The notes below the pieces were generated by a model. The model searched no databases and had not been told where the DNA came from. It saw nothing but the letters and a program-made list of their open reading frames with translations. The translations under genes were made by a program, and so were the position numbers. 64,000 nucleotides of DNA from Paraphysomonas bandaiensis (taxonomy: Eukaryota; Protista; Chrysophyceae): contig CBFFRP010000365.1 of the NCBI GenBank assembly GCA_965644295.1, positions 62,001 through 126,000 of the forward strand, given 5' to 3'. Below are positions 52,234-64,000 of the stretch, in pieces. The first letter of the stretch is position 1. Each line of letters opens with the position of its first letter.

Positions 52234-53781
52234 TCAGACACACACTGGACCCAAGATGTCGACTGCCATTCGTGAAAGTGTAGTTAACCGAGAAAACACT
52301 TCACGCTGGCCAGCAATTACGGTAGCAGACGGGTGGGCACTCAGTACGCTGGCAATGGCTGATGTAGATATGTCATAACATCCGTCCAGACTCAGAAACT
52401 TTAAGGCCGGGCAAGTTTTCGACAAGTGTGCAACTGCGTCAGATGAAATACTCGCGCATCGATCCAGTGACAAATGGGTCAACGAGGGACATTTCGAAAG
52501 AGCATACACAGAAGCATCCGTAAGAAGCTTACAGGCACTGATATTTATATGCTCTAACTTGGAACACTTGAGTGCAATGGCCTCTAACGCCGAGTCCGAA
52601 ATTGCGCAGGAATGCAAATTAAGGTGAGACAACATGGCACATTCAGATAAGGTATACAAGCTGTGGTCAGTGGCGACTGTACTATCAATATCCAGGTATG
52701 TAATACCTCCACAGTGAGTAGATATCGATTCTACACCTTCATCTGACAACAGCCGGCACCCATGTAGATCCAAATGTGCTAGTCGACTGCATCCCTGAGA
52801 CAAGGCAATAATGGCAGCGTCGGTAATCTGGGTACACATGTACAGCTCTAGCTTGGTCATCTCAGGACAGAAGGAAGCAAGTGTGGTAATGCCTACTCCG
52901 GAAATTGATAAACAGTAGTTCAGGGACAGCGAAGTAAGCTTGGGGCAACCTTGAGCCAGACATGACAAGGCTCCGTCTGTGATTGATCCACAGTGATTGA
53001 GGGATACAGTGGTCAACAGTGGGCAAGACACAGCAAGCGCAACGATGGAAGTATCAGTAATGTGACACCGAGAGAGGTTAATATTAGTGAGTTGGGTACA
53101 ACCTTGAGCAAGAGCTACAATCGACTCATCTGTGATGTTCTGAGAAGTAGACCCATTTGAGGCAGCTCTCTGAAGTGATACCGACTGCAAAGAGGGGCAT
53201 TCCGCGGCAAGGGCCAACACTGCAGTATCAGTAATCTTAGGACATTCACCAAGATCAATGTGCTGTAGTTTTGGGCACCCCACAGCGAGGGCTACAATCG
53301 CCTCATCAGTTATGTTCCCACATCCACGTGCACTAAAATGCGTTAACTTCGCACAATGAGATGCCACAGTACAGAGTGTATGATTGGTTATCATTTTACA
53401 TCCATTAAATGATAATATACGAATTCCTGTACAACGAGAAATGACATATGATAATGTTTCATCTGATATATGGTTTGAATCCTTGATTTCAAGCTGTTGT
53501 ATAGCACGAAAGGATCCAATCCATTTCTTCAGATCATTATTTGATCCTCCCGTTAGACGTAATCCGTATAAAGATATCTTTCGTGATAAAATCCATTGCA
53601 TGAATGATGGAGATATATGAGGAAGAGAATAAGGGCACATATATCCCTCCAGAGAGAGATAGAAGGCTTTACGGTAGATAGGAGAGATACATGCGACATC
53701 CAGATGACTGAGGTCTTCAATATGAAGATAAGGGTATATGCAATCCCGTAAGATCTCAATTGGTAGATTTAATAAGGACAT
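52234..53781 (-). CDS. F-box/LRR (cysteine-containing LRR, FBXL/AMN1-like) protein, intronless
   Basis: N-terminal LLNLPIEILRDCIYPYL; many 26-aa repeats of the form C..L..L.L..C..ITD.AI.ALA. Confidence 0.92.
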   Translation of the reverse strand: MSLLNLPIEILRDCIYPYLHIEDLSHLDVACISPIYRKAFYLSLEGYMCPYSLPHISPSFMQWILSRKISLYGLRLTGGSNNDLKKWIGSFRAIQQLEIKDSNHISDETLSYVISRCTGIRILSFNGCKMITNHTLCTVASHCAKLTHFSARGCGNITDEAIVALAVGCPKLQHIDLGECPKITDTAVLALAAECPSLQSVSLQRAASNGSTSQNITDESIVALAQGCTQLTNINLSRCHITDTSIVALAVSCPLLTTVSLNHCGSITDGALSCLAQGCPKLTSLSLNYCLSISGVGITTLASFCPEMTKLELYMCTQITDAAIIALSQGCSRLAHLDLHGCRLLSDEGVESISTHCGGITYLDIDSTVATDHSLYTLSECAMLSHLNLHSCAISDSALEAIALKCSKLEHINISACKLLTDASVYALSKCPSLTHLSLDRCASISSDAVAHLSKTCPALKFLSLDGCYDISTSAIASVLSAHPSATVIAGQREVFSRLTTLSRMAVDILGPVCV

Positions 53782-54539
53782 TGATAAGAAGAATTCAGTT
53801 ATCTTGTTGAGTTAGTCTTGTAATTGCACACTTATATATATAATGATGATAACATAATGCAAATACAAATACAATCCCTATAGAAAACTCCCATATGTTT
53901 TTCTAATCATATATTGACGAGATTTCACATACGAAAGTGACCATTTTCCACCCACATGATGAGATCTTGAAGGGTCATACCAGATGTTTCGAGAATACAA
54001 TACCAATCATTGAAGAGGATTGGATATTACTTGGAAATGATTGGATATTTACCACCTGAGAAGAGTGTTCGTTTCATGACTAAATTTGTCGAATTTTTTT
54101 TCTCGATCATTCTTTCTTTATATCTTAAACAGACAGGTAGTGGGAATTCTATATTGCTACCAGTTTTCAGTTTTTGCATATTCTATACAGAGTTCGATGA
54201 AATATTAACCAATCATATAACACGTTACGATATACAACTCTGAGGATTGGTTAAGTATATATAATAAATTAGCGGAGAATAGTACATTTAAATTTGGCCT
54301 ATTTTAAGTTTATGGGTTTGCAAAAAAAGGCGTTTTATATAAAATATCCATATATTTAGTCCACAAGTTGATTTATTATGCTACATTTCGTATATATATT
54401 TATGCACTTAAACATGCATGTATGTATGAAGGAGATAGTATGAAATAGAGGGACATTAGAGAACATTATTGCAAGACATTGCAAGACATTGCAATTACTA
54501 TCATCATCTTATACATTCCCTTATTCATATCTCTTACAA

Positions 54540-57500
54540 ATGATTGCAATACGTCGTTTTCCTATACACAATCTCTCTATACATACATATAGAAGTTATA
54601 CATATACACGTCTATTATATCAACAATCTATTGGATTATTTGGTTTATCTGAATTACATTCACCTGAAGATTTTATTATACTGGCAGATAAAGCAGTTAC
54701 AAAATGTAAAAGTATTCAGAATGAGGTAAGCATACATACATACATACACTGGATCTCACTCTTATCTATCTATCTATTAGATTGACTTTCATTTAGGAAA
54801 AAACCATCCAAGTAAAACACTTGAAGCAGTTGATAGTATAAGTAATGAAATATGTTCTGTAATTGATGCAGCAGAACTTTGTCGTAATGCTCATACGAGT
54901 TCAGCGTATAGGAAACAAGCAGATAAAGCGTTTAATCTTTTGTCATCTTTCATCAATGAACTCAATTCAGATGTTAAGTTATATCAAAAAATTGCAGATA
55001 TTATGTATGATGAAAATACAAGATCCAGTTTAACTGATGAAGAACGTATATTTGGGTGGGATATGTTGCAGGAGTTTGAAACTGAGGGGGTTCATATCAA
55101 GGGAAAGAAAGAAAGGATGACTGTGGCAAGCCTACAGGTGTTTTAATCTACGCTAGTATTTTATATCTTGGTGTGCTGCTTATCGAAGATGTGTTCAGGA
55201 GGATATACTGTTTCTATTTCTGTTTGCGTGTAGTTAGTGATTGCTTCCTTTAAGCCATTGTCTTTATGTACCCACGCTTTGTGTATGGCTTCGTTTATAA
55301 CAATGTATATACACTCTAATGTTGCAACACAGGAGCGAGTCACATCACTGGAATCTACTTTTCTTCAAAACATATCCTCATCATCTCCGTCCTCATCTTG
55401 CTATCTATTGGGGCCTCTTGATTCTGACCAATGTCATCGTATGAGCCAATGGCTTTCACTATATGGTGTATCGCAGCCAGATAATCTGCCCGAAAACTAC
55501 ATCAGTATGACCAGGAATAAACAACTTTCAGGGTTCTTGATAAGGTACTATGTTCACATAGGCTTTAAGTATCTAACATCTATTTTTTTCAGATATATAC
55601 CAGATGAGTTTATAAGGAAAAAGATTTGGCAGGAGAGTATCAACGAACCAAGTAGCAATAGGCAGGTTAGAGTCATGTGTAGTGTATAATGCTATGAATG
55701 AACAGTCTTGTTAGGTACTTGGTGCTCTCATAGCAACCCGGCACCGGCTAGCGAAGAGTATTGGATTTGAGAGTTTCGGCCATAAAAATCTATCTCGAAA
55801 AGTTCTTCGAACACCGGAGGAAGTACAGAAGCTACTAACACATATTGCAGAAGCTATACGCCCTCAGGTTAAAATAGCTTATAGAATACTCTACTACACC
55901 GTGTGTTATATATACCACTGCTAATGTTTTCACACTTTTTAAAGGAGTAACGTTTATATATGAAGGTGAAAAAAGAACTCAGTCTCCTCACGGAGCTCAA
56001 ACAAGACTTGATTAAATCCGGTTCGTTGTCAACGAATATCCGTGAACTTGTTCCATGGGACGTTCCCTTGTTATCCGATATGTATACAAGGTTAGTGCAT
56101 CAATGATTTGGTATGATGTATTGAATACATAGTGTGTGGTTGATAATGTTGTGGTATTTGTGTTGCTGTGCGAATAGGTCATACAGTAGTTGGCGTCATG
56201 TGATTTATATGACGCCGAAAAAGTTATAAGCATTTGATATTTTTTGGCCAGGTCTGAAACTTCTGATACTTCTGACATCTTGGGTAGCGATGTAGACAAA
56301 AAGGTGGCAGCGGCTAATGACTTACGTGAATTCATGTCGTGGACCACCTGCTTGAATGGGTTATCCCATATATGTAGCACTGTGTTTGGTATAAACATGG
56401 TTCAAAAGCCTCTCCAAAAGGGTGAAGGCTGGGTCGACACTGATAGTGGATTGCTGAAATATGAATTTTTTGTCAAAGCGACTAATGCACCATTAGGGAC
56501 GTTGTATATTGATCCGTACAGTAGGCCTAATAAATTCTCAGGTGTGACTGCAACGTAAACATATGTTACGGAATTGAGTAATAAACTGACTGGTGTATGT
56601 GTTCACGAACAGGTGCTGCCCATTTTACGGTTAGATGTGGATGCACGAAAGAGGCATCCGAAGATTCCAATCAGCTACCTATAGTAGCCTTGCTTTTCAA
56701 CTTTCCACCACCTTTGGAACATGAAGAACTTCAGCTCAATCTCCAACAACTTGAAACGTTGTACCACGAGTTAGGCCATGGAATTCACTCTTTGTTGTCA
56801 AGGACAAAGTTTCAACATCTCTCAGGCACAAGAGGCAGTACTGATTTTGTAGAGGTGCTATTGAAACGTAGATTGCTGAGAGTACTTTGTATTGTAGGAC
56901 GCTGACAGGAATTTTGCGTGTTGAGTGTTGTACATATTATTGTACCCTCTAAACCGAGAGATATTTATGCGTGTATATTCTTGTAGGTCCCATCTCATTT
57001 ATTTGAGTACTTCGCTCGAACAACCAGTGTCATTATGTCGTGGGCTAAACATTCGAAAACTGGAGACCCACCACTAGCTGAAATAGTAGATGATGCACTT
57101 TCACTACGGAATGAATTTGCTGGCATTGAGTTGCAAACTCAGATTCTATACGCCGCTGCTGACCAGGTGAGGAATATACGCCGAGTTTATATTGTAGGGT
57201 GTAAATGTATGTGTAATCTCAATATGCACAGTATGCTTTTGGTTCCGGTGTAATGAAAGGACTAGATGTGTCATGCTACCCATCACAATCCAATGAAAAC
57301 AAAGGTTTTGAACTGGCAGTATATGATAAATTATGTCGAGGTATAACAGATATCCAATCATCGCACACGGATTTGCCATTAGTTCCCAAAGAGTTTGAGC
57401 AAGAAGACAGCGCAGTAGTTTCCACAATTAATTTGCTCTCTCACACACACTTCGTGAACTATGCTGGTAAGATCTGTACACTGTGATTTTCGTTTGGCCA

Positions 57501-57889
57501 TATTCAGTAGAAGTATCTCTTTACAAGGCTGTACGGTCATATATTTTGCTAACTTTGCTTCTTGTCACTTTTCAGGCACCTACTACTCCTATTTGTTTGC
57601 GAGATTACATGCGGCCCAAATATGGCACACACGGTTTGCCAGTGATCCGCTTTCTCGGTACTGTTTTGTGTCAGTGTAGAAGTTGTATCGTTGTTCTCAG
57701 TGAATATGTTTATATCAGACTGTCTATAAATGTGACACTGCTGTATCTCACATACTCATTCGCAGGAGGGCTGGTGAAATGCTATGGCATGAGATGCTAC
57801 AATATGGAGCCTCCAAACCTCCGTTAGTGATGCTAGAGAAGCTAGGAAAAGGAAAGTTAAATGCTTCTTACTTGCTAGATGGTATGTAA
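54540..57889 (+). CDS. MIPEP: Mitochondrial intermediate peptidase (M3A, Oct1/MIPEP), multi-exon
   Basis: DSISNEICSVIDAAELCRNAH, YIDPYSRPNKF.GAAHFTVRCG, zinc motif HELGH, QHLSGTRGSTDFVEVPSHLFEYF, YYSYLF. Confidence 0.92.
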
Positions 57890-58281
57890 TCAAATTGGTT
57901 TCAATCATATTTCGAAATGTATTAGCTTCTCTGTATAAAGCTGTCCTTGTAATAATTTGGAACCCTCCATTTACATATTCTGTATTATTTCATAAGTAGC
58001 TATGAATTATGTATCGTACTATATTTAAATCACTCACTGATCAATGAAGCTCGAGTAGTTGTAATATCATTAGTTCACTACTTTGGAATATGGAAGTTCC
58101 TTGAAGTGCAAAGAAGTAATATGGATTGTTTATCACGCAATACGCAATATACCATGCAAACTAGGACTGTTTGGCGAATCACACATCACCATCAATACTT
58201 TAGGAAGTATTACACCAGCAACAGAGCTAAATTTGATGATAACTTATTTAGCTGGTATGAGTTCATTTTAATTTGTTTCAA

Positions 58282-58990
58282 CAGGGCTAGGAATACTACG
58301 TATATTCAGGGCTAGGAAACAATGTATTGCAATACTATTGTTAGAGAGCGTTCCATCAATACTATTGATGGAGGTTTGAAACAGGCCAAACAATACAATT
58401 ACAATATATTGCAATATATTGTCAATGTATTGCAATATATTAGTATGACTAATCAGTAGGTAAACACATCCGTAGATTTCATTTTTAGTATTAGTCATTA
58501 AGATCACATGACAACCAAACCAACTACTGCTTATAGCTAATAAAAATCCACGTCGTCCTCATCCTCTGAGCCATCATCGGTGACGTCAACATCACCATAT
58601 TCATCCACAGAATTTATTGAGATATGTTAGTATCCGGCCACAACTGCCGATTTGCTTTCAGAAACAACAGTATATTAAGTAGGATGGATACTTCTGCGCA
58701 ACACTGATATAATATGTTTAGCTGCGCTGAACAGAGGATCCCATGTATTGGGAGTACATACATACCAGGGCCTGGTAACCGTTAATGACTCGTGGGCCTG
58801 TACGTTTCTTAATTTTTTGAGCTGGCTGAAGATTTTTTTTCGTATAGCCAACATCAGCTTCATCATCCTCTGTATTGTTGCAATTACTGTCTGAACGGGG
58901 ATATATTCTAACAGCATCTTTCTCAGATCTTGTCAAATCAAATTCTTTGCCTGCTTGGATAAGTTCCTTTACGTATGATCCTTTAAGATA
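58282..58990 (-). mobile_element. Second degenerate hAT-like relic
   Basis: CAGGGCTAGG termini-like motif at 58282 and 58307; TATTGCAATA subterminal repeats; peptide IQAGKEFDLTRSEKDAVRIY resembles KIQCGNEAVTRTAKDQTKLY of the 45-kb relic. Confidence 0.5.
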
Positions 58991-59583
58991 GAACTGTGTT
59001 ATTCGTTAAGTACAACGTGAAAACAAAACTGTAGTTCGTAGTCAAACTACTGCACTGTTACATAACTGTGAAACTGAAGATATGTATTCGTCATTTCCAC
59101 ACAATTAATATCGCTAAGAAATCCGGGAAAGTGTTTACATTTGAGAACATCAGAAGAGGGGCTACTAAGTCTGACTCTTAGCAATCAGAGTTCATTATGA
59201 TCTATGACTGTGCTGTTGATTTGTACACTGAAACTAGTGTATGCTGCATGATCGATAATGAGCATTACACTTATATTGATACACGTGATCAATCATACGA
59301 TGGCGCTTATCTTCCTTCACTAAATGAAGTTGATGACTATATTTAGCTTGTAGGAGTGTATCTATCCCCCTATAGGCCCATGCCACATCATTAAGGTGGA
59401 CATACAGTTGACTGTGTAGAGATGTAGCAGAATAACAGTGATATGAGGGGTATGTTGTGCATTAAAGACTATTAATCATGACTCAGAAACTGTTCAATTC
59501 ACATTAGAATGAGAAGATGAGATATAAGCGATGTGTCTACACTATCTGTAGTCATTAATTGATAGCTGATAGATACTGTAGAC

Positions 59584-60376
59584 TTTTACACCACTTGACT
59601 AGGTTTTTACACCACTTGACTAGGTTTTTACACCACTTGACTAGGTTTTTACACCACTTGACTAGGTTTTTACACCACTTGACTAGGTTTTTACACCACT
59701 TGACTAGGTTTTTACACCACTTGACTAGGTTTTTACACCACTTGACTAGGTTTTTACACCACTTGACTAGGTTTTTACACCACTTGACTAGGTTTTTACA
59801 CCACTTGACTAGGTTTTTACACCACTTGACTAGGTTTTTACACCACTTGACTAGGTTTTTACACCACTTGACTAGGTTTTTACACCACTTGACTAGGTTT
59901 TTACACCACTTGACTAGGTTTTTACACCACTTGACTAGGTTTTTACACCACTTGACTAGGTTTTTACACCACTTGACTAGGTTTTTACACCACCTGACTA
60001 GGTTTTTACACCACCTGACTAGGTTTTTACACCACTTGACTAGGTTTTTACACCACTTGACTAGGTTTTTACACCACTTGACTAGGTTTTTACACCACTT
60101 GACTAGGTTTTTACACCACTTGACTAGGTTTTTACACCACTTGACTAGGTTTTTACACCACTTGACTAGGTTTTTACACCACCTGACTAGGTTTTTACAC
60201 CACTTGACTAGGTTTTTACACCACTTGACTAGGTTTTTACACCACTTGACTAGGTTTTTACACCACTTGACTAGGTTTTTACACCACTTGACTAGGTTTT
60301 TACACCACTTGACTAGGTTTTTACACCACTTGACTAGGTTTTTACACCACTTGACTAGGTTTTTACACCACTTGAC
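59584..60376. repeat. 21-bp minisatellite (TTTTACACCACTTGACTAGGT) x ~38
   Basis: Near-perfect head-to-tail array; three units carry CACCTG instead of CACTTG. Confidence 0.99.
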
Positions 60377-60610
60377 GGTTTTTACTCCACCTGAAGGTAC
60401 ATACACAGGTACACCCCGTGCAGTACATATCCAGAAGTACACCCCGTGCAGAAGTACATATCCAGAGCATCCAAAGAAGTCGTCTACACACACACACATA
60501 CATACATGCATACATGGACATATATATATATATAGCTACGAGGACCCTCATATATACCATCCATGCATACATACATTAACTCTTATCAAGCAATATACTC
60601 ATAACTACAC

Positions 60611-61723
60611 ATGACAGAGAAAATAGATCGTAATACATCTTCTGATACATCATTTCTAGATAATTCAGAAGAAATCTACACTCGTTTAGGTCCACATAAT
60701 GAAAGATTTGATGATTCTTTAAGTATTTCATGTAAAGGAAACGATAGTGTTTCATCACATCAATTAAGGATTGTTCGTTGGTTACCTGCATCTGATCCAG
60801 TTGGGATTGTTCTTATATCACATGGATTACATGAACATGCTTTAAGATATTATAATATCGCACATGCATTAACTGTACAGGGGGTTGGAGTATATGCCTG
60901 TGATCACTATGGACATGGGAAATCAGATGGTATCCGCGGATTAATTCCTGATTATAATATTATTGTATCTGATTTCATTGAGTTTGCTCAGTATGTACGT
61001 CGTGAACATCCGGATATCCCTTTTTCTTTACTCTCTCACTCTATGGGAACCTTAGTAGGCATACTAAGCATTGGTTCAATTCCTTTCTTAAATGCGGTTG
61101 TTTTTTCTGCGACACCTCTACATTCTGGACCATCAGCGAGCAGTCCATTTGGTTGCACATGTTTATATCCTCTATCGCAGACTTCTGTTGCAGGGTGCTT
61201 AACTGGCTGTTTGGCTTCCTGTGCTCCAACTGGTCCTGCCGCGCCAATATTACTTGATGGAATCACCAGCGACAGAAGGCAACAGCAGATACTCCTGAAT
61301 GACAATCTTCGTTATGGAGGTGAGATTATGAATAAAACCGCGTCGGAAGTGCTCAAAATGATCCATCATGCTCGGAAGACATTACCTTCGATTACATTAC
61401 CACTGCTCTGCATTCACGGACAAGATGATACAGTCGCTTTGCCCGATGGTTCGCAGGTTATATATGACCTGGCAGGCACTCCAGCAAAGCATAAAACAGT
61501 TGAAATTATTGCTAATCTTCGTCATGAGTTGCTTCATGAGGTCCAGCCTGCATCTGAGCAGTGTCTGAATCGAATCGCACAATACCTTTTGAGTAGCCTA
61601 AGCGAGAGCCTTCAAAACGAAACGAAAGGAGAAGGGGAAGACATAAGAGTAGAAGCACTATCAAGCTCACATTCCAGTGGGGGGGCTTGTGATGCTAATG
61701 AAATTGAGCTACAAGCTGTATGA
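60611..61723 (+). CDS. Monoacylglycerol lipase / lysophospholipase (Hydrolase_4 alpha/beta hydrolase), intronless
   Basis: SHGLHEH, DHYGHGKSDG.RG, nucleophile SHSMG, LCIHGQDD, RHELLHE. Confidence 0.92.
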   Translation: MTEKIDRNTSSDTSFLDNSEEIYTRLGPHNERFDDSLSISCKGNDSVSSHQLRIVRWLPASDPVGIVLISHGLHEHALRYYNIAHALTVQGVGVYACDHYGHGKSDGIRGLIPDYNIIVSDFIEFAQYVRREHPDIPFSLLSHSMGTLVGILSIGSIPFLNAVVFSATPLHSGPSASSPFGCTCLYPLSQTSVAGCLTGCLASCAPTGPAAPILLDGITSDRRQQQILLNDNLRYGGEIMNKTASEVLKMIHHARKTLPSITLPLLCIHGQDDTVALPDGSQVIYDLAGTPAKHKTVEIIANLRHELLHEVQPASEQCLNRIAQYLLSSLSESLQNETKGEGEDIRVEALSSSHSSGGACDANEIELQAV

Positions 61724-62331
61724 AATATGTATAGTGCATTAAAGTAGAGGCTATACTGTATTTTTTTACTGATGGGCTACTTAGGCTCTGATTGTTTCAT
61801 TAAATTCCTAAAATTAACTTAATATTCATTTTATACGTGTTTAAACCGGTATACCATTTAGGGGTATACCACCACACTACTAACAATGAGCAAGTAATGA
61901 GCAAGTGATGTGAGAGGAGTCAAGCTCTTTACTCTTTATGGCTGGGCATTTTTAGGTTTATCCTGACGTTATCATGTAAATCATAGTCTCCTTGTGGATT
62001 GTCGACATAAGGCGGACTATTATTGGCTGATAATAGAGTACTAAAACAGCAAAATCATAGCTATCATGGTGGTAGTAACAGTAGACCTACTCATGAGCGG
62101 TTTCAATTATGATATGGCTCATATCAGTTTTTTTTGAAACGATCAGAAAGAGTTGAAGCTAGAATTTACTACAGTACTATGCAACAATACGAAGGCAACA
62201 AAGTTCGTACTTTCCACTACTACACACTACTCCTACCAGGAAACACGACACTGTGGTGAGTACCACGCCACAAGTACACATATTTGACCAAGTGTTGATT
62301 ATTAGATTAACGAATACAGCCAAATGCAAAC

Positions 62332-63242
62332 TTAAAAACGCATAGCGTGGGGCTTATCGTTAGTGCTGAGAGAAAACTTCGCCTGCAGATAGGCAGAGAG
62401 CATGTCGATTTTATTCACATTTGCCAAAAGTTTGTCATCAACAGCCTTCTGTGCGGTCTTTCTAGCATCTGATGTGACAGTGCCTCTGCCCTCGACCTCA
62501 CCCTCGGGTCTCTCCTCACGGGCAAAGAAGTCATCATCGATCTTAGAGACATCCACACCATCAAGGGGAACCTTGGTGGAGGTGGCAATCACGTAGCGTT
62601 GGTTGGCACGACGGAGAGGAACGCCATTAAGGGAGTAGGGTCCTGTATATGTCATAAGTTATACACTGCCCTGCTATGACAATATACATATACACAATAC
62701 AATAACTCCCAATACATATCCCCTACCACTCCTACTACACACAACTCTAACAAACACAATCAACCACTAACTACCACACTCATTCTTACAATAACTTAAC
62801 TCATATATATTATACAAGACACACATACATACATATACATATAAACCAATCCATATATACATACATACATACATACATACACATACGATGAATCAATAGC
62901 CTCAATCACTCACCTGATACCAACAATAGTCCTGATGAGAGAACCTTAAGAACAACAACTCTCTTCCCACGAAATCTTCCAGCGAGTAATATAACAACTG
63001 TACCAGGTGTAATCGATGCACGTGTCTTGGGAGGATTTCTTACAGGAACAGGACCTTTCTTAAGGACAACATCTTCAGCAGGATAATACTTTCCCACCAC
63101 ACCAGATGCAGGACCTGCTCCAGTGTATTTAAATGCAAATTTCTATAATAAAATCATACTATTATATACATATATATATATAAGTATATTCACTTACTGC
63201 ACGTGCTGCACGAAGTTTTAATACTTTCTTTCCTCCCGCCAT
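62332..63242 (-). CDS. RPL6: 60S ribosomal protein L6 (eL6), 3 exons
   Basis: [58 protein letters not shown]. Confidence 0.97.
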
Positions 63243-63752
63243 TTCAACACTTATATCAGTCTATTTACTATACTATGAAAGATAGAATTAGACATACTTT
63301 CACTTCATTTTCCAAACATGTTGAGAGATGGAGAATCACATACTTTTTTAGTGTTTCATTTATTGCCATGAATTCTTTTATTATGAAATCTTGAACCGAC
63401 ATATAGAAAACTGAAAATAGTGAAGTTTGATGGGGGGTTTTATGAAGGTAAAAAAACAAGAAAGTAGAGAGATAAAAATCAGGGTTTCTGTTATTATAAT
63501 AATATATTTTCATGCTTTTCGAGCTTTTACGATATAGAAAGTAAGGGTTTATATATACAAGATGGATTTATGAAGGAGTGTGTAACAGAACTCTGGGAAA
63601 GTTTGATATGAAGAACAATTATGTCCTAAATAAGAACTCAATTAGGCCTTCAGGGAAACGCGGCTGGCCTTACGATGCAGCGAGGGTTATTAACAATGAA
63701 TCCATCGATGTCATGGCCCGTTGGCCAGGTAAATGGAAAACACTTATGTGCG

Positions 63753-64000
63753 TTACCCCAAGTACCTGAATGGTATGTATGTGCCTAATTACAGAATATA
63801 AACATTAATCTGATTACCTCCTCACCCATCCTAATAATGTGGGTTTCAACACTGCCCTATTCCGAGGGCGTGGCCGTAGTATAGGCTCGTTGGTATACCA
63901 CATATAACACTGATTCTGCTCCCTGTCTACCCACGTACCAAAGTAGCTGACCGCATAGATCATTGTTGTCGCCCCACCCGTGTTCGCCTTTGCTAAGATT
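63753..64000 (-). CDS. Probable 3' end of an unidentified gene running in from beyond the window
   Basis: Open frame ILAKANTGG...YAVSYFGTWVD...LLGWVR, a GT-AG intron at ~63766-63818, then RYLG-stop. Confidence 0.4.

Noticed and set aside
59555-60614. 351-aa and 318-aa heptad ORFs (LHHLTRF / VKWCKNL); telomeric repeat
   Set aside because: They are by-products of a stop-free 21-bp unit with no synonymous divergence; the array is interstitial and unlike TTAGGG-type repeats.
63475-63555. Telobox-like AAACCCT motifs upstream of RPL6 (also ~49670-50065)
   Set aside because: Short imperfect matches that are expected by chance in AT-rich DNA.

Overview
Gene-dense, intron-containing (GT-AG), AT-rich eukaryotic nuclear DNA, probably from a stramenopile/ochrophyte-like protist (inferred from gene and TE content). 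About 13 complete protein genes: plant-type MSH1, Ku70, a coiled-coil protein, a lysophospholipase/cPLA2-like enzyme, EDC4/VARICOSE, ARP2, a PDZ-VIM-PUB p97 cofactor, ALYREF-like, a hybrid histidine kinase, F-box/LRR, mitochondrial intermediate peptidase, monoacylglycerol lipase and RPL6. Mobile DNA includes Harbinger, hAT, copia and non-LTR-like elements, and there are several satellites. The most striking observation is the 225-bp x ~22 tandem array filling a 5-kb EDC4 intron. Each unit carries, in sense orientation, a box C/D snoRNA-like module whose D' guide matches the LSU rRNA A-loop (yeast Um2921 equivalent). A single-copy paralog lies in an intron of the divergently transcribed neighbour ARP2, and a second double-guide C/D snoRNA lies in another ARP2 intron. 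All calls were made by eye without database searches, and rRNA targets rely on recalled conserved sequences.
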